Positions 54,936 to 64,000 of a DNA stretch of 64,000 nucleotides are shown here, piece after piece. A model generated the notes under the pieces. It searched no databases and was not told the DNA's origin. It worked only from the letters and a program-made list of their open reading frames with translations. A program made the translations under genes and the position numbers. The first letter of the stretch is position 1. Each line of letters begins with the position of its first letter. Source of the DNA: a virus. Taxonomy: Duplodnaviria > Caudoviricetes. The stretch lies in the IMG/VR virus record IMGVR_UViG_3300020112_000204, positions 8,003-72,002 of that record. One strand, written 5' to 3'.

Positions 54936-55661
54936 TTATTTAATCATTTTCTTTATTTCTTCTCTGTGCTTCGCATACTCACTAGGACTCATTTTCATAA
55001 TATCCTCTGTGGTAAGCTTTCTTGCTCCAGCATCCTGCTGGGGAGCTACGGGCTTGGGAGCGGGCTTCTTCTCTTTTCTACCTGAGGCTCTAGCCACGAT
55101 TTCCTCATACTTGGCTTTAGCCTTCTCGATACTAGAGTCGATTTCCTCTTCCGAACTACCTACTACAAGGTCTTCAATCAAGTCAGACCCACTGTCTCTT
55201 ACGAACTGAATAGCCTTTTCTCGGTAAAGTTCGAGTGCTTTCTCGGCTCTTGCTTTCTCAGCATCTTCAAGCTTGTTTTTCAGACCATCAATCTCAACCT
55301 TAAGGTCAGCAATGGTGGTGTCCTTGCCTTCCTTATAAGATGCAATGGTTCTTTCAAGCGTTGACACCGTTTCAGAAAGCTCACGAATCTTTGCGTCTTT
55401 CTTTTCAATCGCATCATACAGCTTGGTCTTTTCCTGCTGACGAACCTTTCTGAGGAATTCCTTAACATCCTGTCTCTTAAGCAGTTTATCAAGAGCGGGC
55501 TCTTCTTCAGATACCTCATTGGCTTTCTTTTCTTCTTCAGTCAGTTCTTCCTCGGCTTCGGAGTCCTGGCTGTCAAGGAGAGCTTCATTCTCGTCAACCT
55601 GCTCTTCAACAGAGATGCCTTCCTCGGTCTGTCCTATGACTACTCCTTTGTCTTTATCCAT
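54936..55661 (-). CDS. Capsid scaffolding protein
   Basis: Acidic coiled coil; C-terminal IMKMSPSEYAKHR; precedes MCP. Confidence 0.8.
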   Translation of the reverse strand: MDKDKGVVIGQTEEGISVEEQVDENEALLDSQDSEAEEELTEEEKKANEVSEEEPALDKLLKRQDVKEFLRKVRQQEKTKLYDAIEKKDAKIRELSETVSTLERTIASYKEGKDTTIADLKVEIDGLKNKLEDAEKARAEKALELYREKAIQFVRDSGSDLIEDLVVGSSEEEIDSSIEKAKAKYEEIVARASGRKEKKPAPKPVAPQQDAGARKLTTEDIMKMSPSEYAKHREEIKKMIK

Positions 55662-55683
55662 GTTTCATATCCTCCTTAATATA

Positions 55684-55989
55684 TCAGTACAACGCAAGTT
55701 CACAGATTCCTACAGTCTCAAGCGTAACTGTAATCAAATCTGTGAGTTGCGATTGTCTGTCAGACAACTCGAGGAACTCTGAATACAATTCCTCGACCTC
55801 GTTCATATTCGGGTCAGACATCTTGTCCAACTCTTCTAGACTAACCCGTATCTCTTCAAGCCTATCTTCGACCTTTGTAAGCTCTTTATCATAGGAAACT
55901 AAACTGGATTTCTCATCCTTAAGTATATCCTCTAACTCCGAACTTGTAAAGTCTAAAGCTAATAAACATTCGTTTTCTATACTACTCAT
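55684..55989 (-). CDS. Acidic coiled-coil hypothetical protein
   Basis: ORF track; coupled to MuF gene. Confidence 0.6.
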   Translation of the reverse strand: MSSIENECLLALDFTSSELEDILKDEKSSLVSYDKELTKVEDRLEEIRVSLEELDKMSDPNMNEVEELYSEFLELSDRQSQLTDLITVTLETVGICELALY

Positions 55990-58900
55990 TACTTACCTCC
56001 TGATATGAGCTTATTAAACAACTGCTTCAAATCAGAATCAGTGACCTTTCCCATAGTGCTTAAAACCTTGGTCTCTTTCCTAGACCGCTCTATGGTCTTG
56101 GTAAGCTCAGTATCATACTCTGTCTGAGTGAGCAAAAAGTATTGCTTAGTGTCAGTAGCCTTAAGTCCTCGATGCGTTCTTGCCTGTAACTGCTCTAGAA
56201 CATACGCTGAATCGGGTCGGTCATAGATTATAGCGTTATCTGCAAAGTCTAGGTTTACACCAGTATTCAACTGGCTTCCTGCAACTAAAATCTTTGCATC
56301 TTTATCTGCTCTAAAAGCACTGATAACCTGTCTACCTTTGACACCGCCTGTATTAGCTACATACACTCCCTCTTCACCAAGCATCTCGATTATCCTTTTC
56401 CTAGCCTGAGTGGACTGGACATGGATGACGGTCTTTCCCTCCATCTTTCCCACAAGCTTACTCAAAGCAGTAATCTTTGCAGTGGATTTCTTTCCGATAA
56501 GGGAAGACTGAGTAGCGAGCATTTCTCTTTTAGCTCTACTTCTAGACATCTCACCCATCTTAACTGCGGAGTCTAGTAAAGCTTGCTTCTTAGCCAAAAA
56601 AGCCTTATCCTCTGGGTTCAAGGCAACTTTGACTACTTTTTCTATAAGCTTACCTTTACGCTTGCCCTCTGCGGAAATCAGGAAGGGGTCTACTATCTTC
56701 TTAAGCTCTCTCTTAGCCTGTTCAGATGCTACTGTGGACAATTCACCAAAGCTAGAAAATGCCTTAGAGAACTGAGCTCTAGTTCCAACCGCCTCGGGGT
56801 TCAACCATTTTGCAATGTCATACAGGTCATCAATCTTGTCCATAATTGGGGTACCTGTCATCGCAACCTTAGTCTCAACACCCTTAAGCTTCTGAACTAA
56901 CTCTATTGGGGACACACCATCCTTACCCATTGGAGCAATAAAGGTATGAGCCTCGTCTATGATTACTGTGTCATACCCAGCCTCAGCTATTCGGTCAAAA
57001 TCTCTGACAAACTGTTGCTTACTGACTGAGGTAATGAGCTTATCTGTGTTCTTATAGTCAAAACGAGAGCTTCTTACCGTTGTGGCAGTGAAGGTACTAA
57101 AAGTCTCTACCTCATCCACATACTGACCCGCTAGACCATTGTTCATAGTTACATAGAGAACTTTCTTACCTTTGCCTTTGGCTTGAAGCTCTCCTATGCC
57201 TCCTATTGAGGTCAAGGTCTTACCTGAACCTACTTGGTAGTCAATCAAAGCGGACTGTTGTTCAGCGATGAACTTAGCACCTCTCTGCTGTGCTGGTAAC
57301 ATCTTAAGGACTTTTTCTTCGCCTGTTTTTGGGTCTATATAAATGTCACGAAGTCCCTGAGCTTTCCAACTCTCCGAAATCTTGGCTGTTCGTATCTTCT
57401 TAGCCTTGGAGCTAAGGCTTATACCCTGTTCTGAAGTACCTAAACCTCGTAGAGTCTTCATTCCATTCTTGTCTATTACAAGTCTGGAGTTATTCTGCAT
57501 TACCTTGAAACTCTTAGGGTCTAGCCCAAGTTCTCTAGCTAATTTCACAGCCTGAGTCTTACTCTTAACTGGGATAGCAAGGTACTCCCTAGTACCTGAT
57601 ACACTTAAAGCATCTAGCAAGCTCTGAGTGGTCTTAGAGTAACCTAAAGCGTCACCTAATTCCTCTCTGGACTTCTTCAATAGCAGAGCTCTCTGTCTTT
57701 GAGCAGAGGCTTTACTTATCTCTCCGTCAGTAAAGGCTTTCTTAACTGCACTGACTTCCCTAAATGTCTTTGTTGCCTGTTTCTGAGAAGCATTAAGCAT
57801 CCTAGGAACATCTGTTTCCATAGACCTTGACAAGGCTTCAATAGCTTGCCCAGACAAACCACGAGACTGTATCTCGTCAGCTAAAAGTCTTACTGCACTA
57901 TCTACGCCTATCTTCTCAACTATATCCTGAGACAGTGCGGGCATACCTAAATCCGAAGCTAGACTTGAGTAAGCCCTATATCCACCTTTCCTAATAGCTA
58001 CATTGAGCGAAGAGTCTGTTACAACCGTACCACCATTTAGCCCCGTTTTCAGCCTCTTTTCCATTCGACTGATTGCTTCTTTGGTCTCGGTAGCTGAACG
58101 CTTAGGTGCGGTCAGGGTTGAGCCATGCTTAATCTCGTTCTCTTTCCACTTCTTATAATATTCACTACCTAGGGTGTCTAGCTCATTACTTGGAGAATTT
58201 ACGAGCTCATCACCTATATTGGCAAATACCTGTTTTCTAGTTACAACAGCCATACCTAGGTCTGAGTCATAAAGAGGTTCTATTTCACACTCACAGTACG
58301 GATGAGGGTACTTAGGCATTTCCTTTGCAGTATATACTCCGTGCTCATCAATAGTTATTCCACTCTGAGCTAATAACTTATGAGCCTGTTCCCCTGTGTT
58401 CTCCGCAAAGTCATCACAAATATCCCGCTTCGGGTGCCTAGCACTCATTGTCCATCTTCCAAGCATATCAAGTTCGTCAAGAAAACTCCTAACGGTCTCC
58501 TGCTTGGCTCGATTTACCTCAGATATAGCTAAACGAGAGTTTCTGTTCACGATGCTACCACCGTTTATCAAACCCTGAGAGGACGGCGTATTCAGAAATT
58601 TCCTTGCATTTAGCCTATTCTTACCTTGCTGACCCTGAACCATTCCATTACTGGTATACTGTGTCATTCTAGCTTGGACAATTCCCTGTGAGGTCTTAAG
58701 TCTCTGACTAAGCGTCTTACCTCTGAACTTTCCCGTCATAGTCCTTGAGGTCTTGGACATTATGGATGATTTCTGAGAGGTAGTCAAACCTACACCCGTA
58801 GTCTCAATCAGTCTCTTGTCTAGCTTCTGAAGAGAACTCTCAATCTGAGAATCCATAGCACTAGTTATAGAGGACTTTACATCACTAGTCAAATTTCGAG

Positions 58901-59042
58901 CCAGTCTCTTAGACGAATTTTGTGCCCTAGCATAATTCAATGTGTCGTCCGTCTTAACTAACCTAGATGCCTTAGCACTGTATTCCTCATGAATATCCTC
59001 GATTGAGCGAACCGCAGTCAGTGCTTGTGTCCTCGTTCCCAT
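55989..59042 (-). CDS. MuF/SPP1 gp7-like head protein fused to SNF2-type helicase
   Basis: RLAISEVNRA..., W..S.RHP..DICD, YPHPYCEC; QVGSGKT, IIDEAH, TGTP, TGVNL, EQLQARTHR. Confidence 0.82.
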   Translation of the reverse strand: MGTRTQALTAVRSIEDIHEEYSAKASRLVKTDDTLNYARAQNSSKRLARNLTSDVKSSITSAMDSQIESSLQKLDKRLIETTGVGLTTSQKSSIMSKTSRTMTGKFRGKTLSQRLKTSQGIVQARMTQYTSNGMVQGQQGKNRLNARKFLNTPSSQGLINGGSIVNRNSRLAISEVNRAKQETVRSFLDELDMLGRWTMSARHPKRDICDDFAENTGEQAHKLLAQSGITIDEHGVYTAKEMPKYPHPYCECEIEPLYDSDLGMAVVTRKQVFANIGDELVNSPSNELDTLGSEYYKKWKENEIKHGSTLTAPKRSATETKEAISRMEKRLKTGLNGGTVVTDSSLNVAIRKGGYRAYSSLASDLGMPALSQDIVEKIGVDSAVRLLADEIQSRGLSGQAIEALSRSMETDVPRMLNASQKQATKTFREVSAVKKAFTDGEISKASAQRQRALLLKKSREELGDALGYSKTTQSLLDALSVSGTREYLAIPVKSKTQAVKLARELGLDPKSFKVMQNNSRLVIDKNGMKTLRGLGTSEQGISLSSKAKKIRTAKISESWKAQGLRDIYIDPKTGEEKVLKMLPAQQRGAKFIAEQQSALIDYQVGSGKTLTSIGGIGELQAKGKGKKVLYVTMNNGLAGQYVDEVETFSTFTATTVRSSRFDYKNTDKLITSVSKQQFVRDFDRIAEAGYDTVIIDEAHTFIAPMGKDGVSPIELVQKLKGVETKVAMTGTPIMDKIDDLYDIAKWLNPEAVGTRAQFSKAFSSFGELSTVASEQAKRELKKIVDPFLISAEGKRKGKLIEKVVKVALNPEDKAFLAKKQALLDSAVKMGEMSRSRAKREMLATQSSLIGKKSTAKITALSKLVGKMEGKTVIHVQSTQARKRIIEMLGEEGVYVANTGGVKGRQVISAFRADKDAKILVAGSQLNTGVNLDFADNAIIYDRPDSAYVLEQLQARTHRGLKATDTKQYFLLTQTEYDTELTKTIERSRKETKVLSTMGKVTDSDLKQLFNKLISGGK

Positions 59043-59050
59043 CTAGTCAC

Positions 59051-60487
59051 CTACTCATCTAAGTTTGCTCCCATCTGTTGTTCAATCGGAGTGTTACCTG
59101 AGTATCCCGTATCAAACATCAGATTCTGCTTCTCAAGCTGATACTCCCTAATCTTTGCGAGCTTCTCCTGAATATCGCCTTTGTACCCAAGCTCTTTCAA
59201 TGCACCTTCAGGCTCTTCTAATCCACTATTAAGCTTCTGGGCTAACAACTGCATCTGAATCTGCTCATCCTTGGGAAGCGGGTCTGCAAACTGAACTTCT
59301 GGGTTAAACGCTTTCTTCCTCTTCTCTGGGTCATCAAGAATAGCTTTAACCGCAGAGCTTACATCTGAGTCGCCATTCTCAGCAAGGAGCTTAAGCACCA
59401 TAATCACTACTTTTCTGAGACCCGCACCATAGGTCATACGCTTAATCCAAGTCTTTTCAAGAAGCGGGGAATAGGTTATCTGGAGAGCAACACCTGTAGT
59501 ATTACTGATTGCCCCACTTGCACCGAGGCTCATCTCTGGGGTGTTACTAAGCTCGTGAATGGACTTCTTAATCATAGTGATAAAATTATTTGAGGCATTT
59601 AAGTCTGAGGACAGCTCCAGATTATAAATCTTTGCGTCTTTAGGTAGACCTCCCCAGACTTTCTTAGCACCTCTTTCGAGGTTCTTACTTCTAGCACCTT
59701 GAATAATCGTAATCGGGGCGGCGTGATAATTGATAATGTCTGATACATCTGTAACCTTTGCATTAAGTTCCCTTTGCAACGGGACAATGCTAACAAGGTC
59801 AGACTGTCCATAGCAGAAACCCGCAAGGGGCATATTCTTAATGTGGACTACATTTATCATCTTCAGAGGATTTTCTATGTCCTCTACCACGGTGTCGCCA
59901 TTCTTAGTTATAATTCTATCCTTAGTGATTGTCTGAGTGTATACATAGTCAGTTTGTCCATCATCACTAAGAACGAGGTACTTTATTACACAAGAGACCA
60001 TCTTGTCTCTACGCTGAGGGTCATACTCAGGGAACACAGTATTATATGGAAGCAGGTTTATCGAAACCTTTCCCTCAGGGTGAAGCTCATCATCTTCATC
60101 GTCCCAAGCGACCTGTAAGAAAGCATCACCTGTGATTGAACCCTGTTGTCCAAGCATTATTGACTTAACATCCATATCATTATTTGAAAACACCTCTTTA
60201 ATGATAGGGCTAAGAACATCATGCACATCCGAGTCAAACTGAAATGTGTATCCCTTGCCGAATAAGAAACTAGTGGACTTGTCAACAATAGCTTTACAGT
60301 AGTTCAGTGTAACTGTCGGGTCACTATAATCTGTGTTATCCTCTAAATCTGTAGCTGTTCTAAGGTATCCCCACTGGTCTCCTAAGTAGAATTTCCAATA
60401 GATGCCTCCAAGCTGAATTCTCTTTGACTCTTCAGCCGAGAGGGTCGAGGTCAGGTCAAACGGGGTGATTACTTTAGATATCCTCAT
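59051..60487 (-). CDS. Portal protein (SPP1-like)
   Basis: LNYCKAIVD...FLFGK, GSITGDAFL, G.SDL..I..LQ, TGVAL. Confidence 0.9.
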   Translation of the reverse strand: MRISKVITPFDLTSTLSAEESKRIQLGGIYWKFYLGDQWGYLRTATDLEDNTDYSDPTVTLNYCKAIVDKSTSFLFGKGYTFQFDSDVHDVLSPIIKEVFSNNDMDVKSIMLGQQGSITGDAFLQVAWDDEDDELHPEGKVSINLLPYNTVFPEYDPQRRDKMVSCVIKYLVLSDDGQTDYVYTQTITKDRIITKNGDTVVEDIENPLKMINVVHIKNMPLAGFCYGQSDLVSIVPLQRELNAKVTDVSDIINYHAAPITIIQGARSKNLERGAKKVWGGLPKDAKIYNLELSSDLNASNNFITMIKKSIHELSNTPEMSLGASGAISNTTGVALQITYSPLLEKTWIKRMTYGAGLRKVVIMVLKLLAENGDSDVSSAVKAILDDPEKRKKAFNPEVQFADPLPKDEQIQMQLLAQKLNSGLEEPEGALKELGYKGDIQEKLAKIREYQLEKQNLMFDTGYSGNTPIEQQMGANLDE

Positions 60488-60714
60488 TTGCCCTCCTTTC
60501 CTGACTTAAAAGCATTGAGCACTGAGTTACTGTGGACTCCTATCTGTGATTCTCTGTCTGCCTTAAGTAGCTCACGCACATTCTTTTGTCTTATCTCTCT
60601 CTGTTCCTTAGTCTCATTAGGTTGCTTAAGGTACTTCATTCTAAAGTACATTTCTTCCTCGGACTGAGACTCATATGAAGACTGGTCACCTGTCATATTC
60701 TGCATCTGCTCCAT
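60484..60714 (-). CDS. Hypothetical protein
   Basis: ORF track. Confidence 0.55.
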   Translation of the reverse strand: MEQMQNMTGDQSSYESQSEEEMYFRMKYLKQPNETKEQREIRQKNVRELLKADRESQIGVHSNSVLNAFKSGKEGK

Positions 60715-60729
60715 AACCTATCTCCTCCT

Positions 60730-61632
60730 TTATGATGCTGCTATTTCTGTAAACTTAGCCTTTACTTCAACTGCCTCCGAGGGCATCGTGAAAGCATTAC
60801 TTGTAATAGTAACTGTTCCTGACACTACTTCCCACTCATCAAACTCATAGCCTTCGTTAGCCGTAGCAGTGAGAGTTACTGTAGTCCCAGCAGAAGCCCT
60901 TGCCACACCAGCAGAAGCACTACCATTACCATCATTCGTAACCGTAATCACATAGGTTGGGTCAGTGGGAGTTACTGATTCTGAAGTCTTAGTGCCACCA
61001 CAATTCGTGGAAGAAACAGAAACTGTAATAGCATGAGTCTTGTCACCCTCAACTACAACATAAGTAGCATTAGTGGCATCAGTGATACTCACTCCATCTT
61101 TCTTCCACTGATAGGCGAGAACGGGAGCGATACTAGCATCATCATAACTGCCATCAGCTTTAGCAGTAATAGCAGATACATCTGCTGTCAGGGTCTCCCC
61201 GACTTCTGCTCTGCCTGTAATAGCTACTGTTCCATCAAGAACTCCGGGCTGGGTAATCTTCTCAGTCTGGATGTCACTGTCATCCTCTTTTCCATACTTC
61301 TTCCATCTTATCAGATACTTACCTGCGGAGAGACTCTCAATCTTGTTGCCAGTTACATTAGACCAAGAAGAGCCATTATTGGAGCTATACTCCATACCTT
61401 TGTGCAAATTCAGTATCTTACCTGTAGACGCTCCATGCACACCTACACTCACTACAATTACTGAGGGTGCAGTAAGACCAAAGTCTTTCTTCGAGTCACC
61501 CTTTTCACCAATCTGACCGCTCTTAAGGGGAGTCTTAGTGCTAGACTTTCCCTGATTAAACGGCGTGGAGTGCTTTGTGTCTCTAGATGTGACCTTAAGA
61601 CTCGCACCCCTCTGTCCCATACTGTGTTTCAT
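60730..61632 (-). CDS. Ig-like / bacterial-repeat domain virion protein
   Basis: G.A.VGETLTAD, YQWKKDG, ATYVV; TVTLTATANEGYEFDEW...FTMP. Confidence 0.75.
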   Translation of the reverse strand: MKHSMGQRGASLKVTSRDTKHSTPFNQGKSSTKTPLKSGQIGEKGDSKKDFGLTAPSVIVVSVGVHGASTGKILNLHKGMEYSSNNGSSWSNVTGNKIESLSAGKYLIRWKKYGKEDDSDIQTEKITQPGVLDGTVAITGRAEVGETLTADVSAITAKADGSYDDASIAPVLAYQWKKDGVSITDATNATYVVVEGDKTHAITVSVSSTNCGGTKTSESVTPTDPTYVITVTNDGNGSASAGVARASAGTTVTLTATANEGYEFDEWEVVSGTVTITSNAFTMPSEAVEVKAKFTEIAAS

Positions 61633-61730
61633 GAGTAATCCTCCTTATAAGCTATAATTTATACTTAGTCATCTGTAATAAGACCACTATATTCTTTCTC
61701 ATCGTCTTCCATACTTTATCTCCAGAATAC

Positions 61731-63248
61731 TTAGTAATTCGTGAAAGTTACCGTGAACTTACTACTATCATAATTCCACGGAGAACTTGTAGTACCATAT
61801 TTTGCAGTAATCTGTATGCAGTCAGAGCCAGCAAGCTGGGTATAAACACCACTTGTGTTACTGTCGTCAGCGGAGCCTACCGCAGTACCATTAGACGAAT
61901 AAGAACGAATCTTATACCCAGTTACCGCAGAATCTGTAGTTGTTACAGTAACTTTTGTAGCCCATGCTGGAACAGCAATAACATAACAAGTATTGCTCTC
62001 TCGGTCTGTAAACTGCCACAAAGTACCCGAGGTTGTAGCAAGAGCAATAAAAGTGTTGGCATTAGTTGGAGCCCTAGACGAGGTAGTTGAGCTACTCCAA
62101 TTCATTCGTGTACACGCCTTAAGGCTAGCCACGGTTTCCGTCTGCGGTACGAATGGTGTATCCGCTATGAGGTCTGTGGGGTTTCCATCAATCATTGCAT
62201 GACGAAAATGGTTTATCAATGTCAATGATATTCCGCAAGAAATCATTGCATTTTTACACTTGTTTACAAATCCAGTACCGTCTTGTGCAATTACTGCCGT
62301 GTATAATGCACCTAGATAAGTTGAACGAAGCCTGACTGGACCGCTAAAGTTCGTAAGCTCATATTCTTTATCACAGTCACTCTGTGTCACTCCAAGAACG
62401 CCTAAGAGAAGCCATGATACAGTGCCTGTTCTGTCTGCCCCTGCAACACAATGGTATAGGCATGGCTTGTTCTGCAAAACACTGTTCATAATAAACTCAA
62501 TAGCAGTCTTAGTTCTAGCCTTATACACTGCTGTGCTTATTGCATCAGCATAGTTACCTATTGGCTGATGCAGATATGTCACAGTATTATCTAAAGGTGT
62601 AGACCCGCCTCCCTCAGGAGTCTCACGCATATCAAGTTCTGCGGATATGCCTAAAAGGTTCTCTATCAGGTCTTTGTCAGAATCGGTTAAGTTCGTCAGT
62701 TCCTTAGAGCGGAATAGAAGTCCATAACGCACAGTGCCGCCATCACAACTCCAACCGCCCAAGTCTCTCATATTGACTATTCCATCACACTTAATGACTC
62801 GGGCATTACCTGTTGCGGTGACAGAACCACAGTTAATAACTTTACTGTTTGCTACCACTTTATACGCACATACATGGTCTGGAGCGATATTATACAGTGT
62901 ATTGCTTCCTGCTGGTACAGATTTAGAGCATTTACCACCATTGTCGTATAAAGTCAGTGTTCCTGATTGCAAGGATACTGAAGCACCGCTAGGTGCTCCA
63001 TTGTTAGAACCACTTGTGTAGCTACTTACAGAAGAAGAGGAATAGTCACTAGTGTAAGCTATCTCATCTATAAATTGCTCAATCTTACTATTGTCAAAGC
63101 TATAAACTAAATTGGTATCCTCTGGGCTAATGCCCGTCTCAATACTCTCAATCTCATCGGGCATTTCGTCAAGGGAAAGCAGTTCATTACTACCAGTCTT
63201 GGAACGAATAGCATCAGCTATTGCTGATAGCTTGTCAGTAAGTGCCAT
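61731..63248 (-). CDS. Fibre-like N-terminus fused to tyrosine-phosphatase (Y_phosphatase3-like) domain
   Basis: KLSAIADAIRSKTG; NMRDLGGW, GLLFRS, LDMRE, P-loop HCVAGADRTG. Confidence 0.85.
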   Translation of the reverse strand: MALTDKLSAIADAIRSKTGSNELLSLDEMPDEIESIETGISPEDTNLVYSFDNSKIEQFIDEIAYTSDYSSSSVSSYTSGSNNGAPSGASVSLQSGTLTLYDNGGKCSKSVPAGSNTLYNIAPDHVCAYKVVANSKVINCGSVTATGNARVIKCDGIVNMRDLGGWSCDGGTVRYGLLFRSKELTNLTDSDKDLIENLLGISAELDMRETPEGGGSTPLDNTVTYLHQPIGNYADAISTAVYKARTKTAIEFIMNSVLQNKPCLYHCVAGADRTGTVSWLLLGVLGVTQSDCDKEYELTNFSGPVRLRSTYLGALYTAVIAQDGTGFVNKCKNAMISCGISLTLINHFRHAMIDGNPTDLIADTPFVPQTETVASLKACTRMNWSSSTTSSRAPTNANTFIALATTSGTLWQFTDRESNTCYVIAVPAWATKVTVTTTDSAVTGYKIRSYSSNGTAVGSADDSNTSGVYTQLAGSDCIQITAKYGTTSSPWNYDSSKFTVTFTNY

Positions 63249-63549
63249 TCTCAATCACCCCTAGCTTTATGTCAATAAGACCATTGATATATGCGTCTGT
63301 GAGAGCATTAGCACGATTCAATGAACTCTGTACACCTGAGGACATATCAGATGAAGGGATGCCATTAGCAGGTTTACTATAGTCCCCTGTACCAGAACCA
63401 ATATTTGACCTAGCCTGTGACTTCTGAGCATCAGTCAAACTCTGCTGAGTATAGGTGACTGCTCTTGAAGCATTATCTCGTGCAGTCTCATCCTTAACAT
63501 TGTACTCTACATTATTGACTTCAATTTTACTGATATCACTCATACTCAC
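63235..63549 (-). CDS. Fibre-like hypothetical protein
   Basis: KIEVNNVEYNVKD..AR; QSLTDAQKSQARSNIG. Confidence 0.6.
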   Translation of the reverse strand: MSMSDISKIEVNNVEYNVKDETARDNASRAVTYTQQSLTDAQKSQARSNIGSGTGDYSKPANGIPSSDMSSGVQSSLNRANALTDAYINGLIDIKLGVIENGTY

Positions 63550-63555
63550 ACCACC

Positions 63556-63783
63556 TTACACGCTCAATGTCTCACCTGTTACTAATGCACCACCTAAAAA
63601 TACAAGGGTTTCACTAGTCACTGTCGGGTGACTCCCACTAGCAGAAAGCTCGTTTATTGCAGAGACAAGATTACTTTTCTCTGATGTAGCCAGTTCACTA
63701 AGATTACCTATTTGGGTTCTAGCACTTGAATCTTTTAGGTCATACTCTACTCCTCTAATCTTAATCTTTGAAGCACAGCTCAT
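63556..63783 (-). CDS. Fibre-like hypothetical protein
   Basis: KIKIRGVEYDLKD..AR; IGNLSEL.T.EKSNLVSAINEL; start at MSCAS. Confidence 0.6.
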   Translation of the reverse strand: MSCASKIKIRGVEYDLKDSSARTQIGNLSELATSEKSNLVSAINELSASGSHPTVTSETLVFLGGALVTGETLSV

Positions 63784-63898
63784 ATTATCACCCCATAAGA
63801 TACTAGCATAAACTAAAAGGGCGTACAACTATTCATGAAATCGCAAGAGATTTTCTGAGTCGTACTGCCCTAACAGGTCATAGCTTCCTTCGTAGTAA

Positions 63899-63927
63899 AT
63901 AATAACACTTTACTTATACTTAGTCAA
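63899..63927 (-). promoter_or_regulatory. Sigma-A-type promoter TTGACT-17-TATTAT, extended -10
   Basis: Heads the structural operon. Confidence 0.65.
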
Positions 63928-63953
63928 TACCTTTACCATATCTTAGCCTATAT

Positions 63954-63975
63954 GTTAAGCCATTTATGGCTTAAC
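63954..63975. repeat. Inverted repeat GTTAAGCCA-4-TGGCTTAAC
   Basis: Perfect 9-bp arms upstream of late promoter. Confidence 0.6.
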
Positions 63976-64000
63976 CCATTTATTTAATATAGTATTATTA

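Larger units (their letters stand above)
1..64000 (-). mobile_element. Tailed phage genome segment (myovirus-like), probable Clostridia host
   Basis: Portal, N4-gp56-type capsid, sheath, tube, tape measure, baseplate, endolysin/holin and replication genes, all co-oriented on minus strand. Confidence 0.97.

Noticed and set aside
61644-61672. Second late promoter ATGACT-17-TATAAG
   Set aside because: The -10 abuts the RBS, leaving no room for a leader; kept only as a shared motif
61665-61712. 15-aa ORF MEDDEKEYSGLITDD
   Set aside because: Too short to support without conservation data
1-64000. Genome-wide TAG reassignment (code 15)
   Set aside because: TAG ends folE, recA and others at natural boundaries; polA, TMP and MuF contain no in-frame TAG
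1-64000. tRNA genes, integrase, repressor, dpdA, queC
   Set aside because: No supporting sequence seen in this window; may lie outside it

Overview
About 64 kb of a myovirus-type (contractile-tail) phage genome, about 40-45% GC by eye. The host is probably a spore-forming gut Clostridia-like Firmicute (inferred from SpoVS, AbrB, SleB-like and YneA-like genes and an Amidase_2-SPOR endolysin). Every credible gene is on the minus strand, in two blocks. (1) A late/structural block runs from a sigma-A-like promoter at ~63.9 kb through fibre-like genes, a virion-type tyrosine phosphatase, portal, a MuF-SNF2 helicase fusion, capsid, neck, sheath (with one in-frame TAG), tube, tape measure, baseplate and lysis genes to a terminator at ~35.0 kb. 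(2) An early/replication block starts behind four 11-bp-phased repeats and a ~400-nt structured non-coding leader (34.5-34.97 kb). It runs through PolA, initiator/loader, helicases, primase, ligase, RecA and thyX to a 7-deazaguanine cluster (folE, queE, queD) linked to a GT-B glycosyltransferase, a HAD phosphatase, a TagF-like glycerophosphotransferase (missed by the ORF track, truncated at the window edge) and a TagD-like cytidylyltransferase. The best candidate for an undescribed system is this deazaguanine + glycosyl + glycerophosphate set, a possible teichoic-acid-like DNA hypermodification. I found no GATC site when reading the whole window. No terminase, integrase, dpdA, queC, tRNA or CRISPR array was seen. 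All family assignments come from motif recognition by eye, not database searches.
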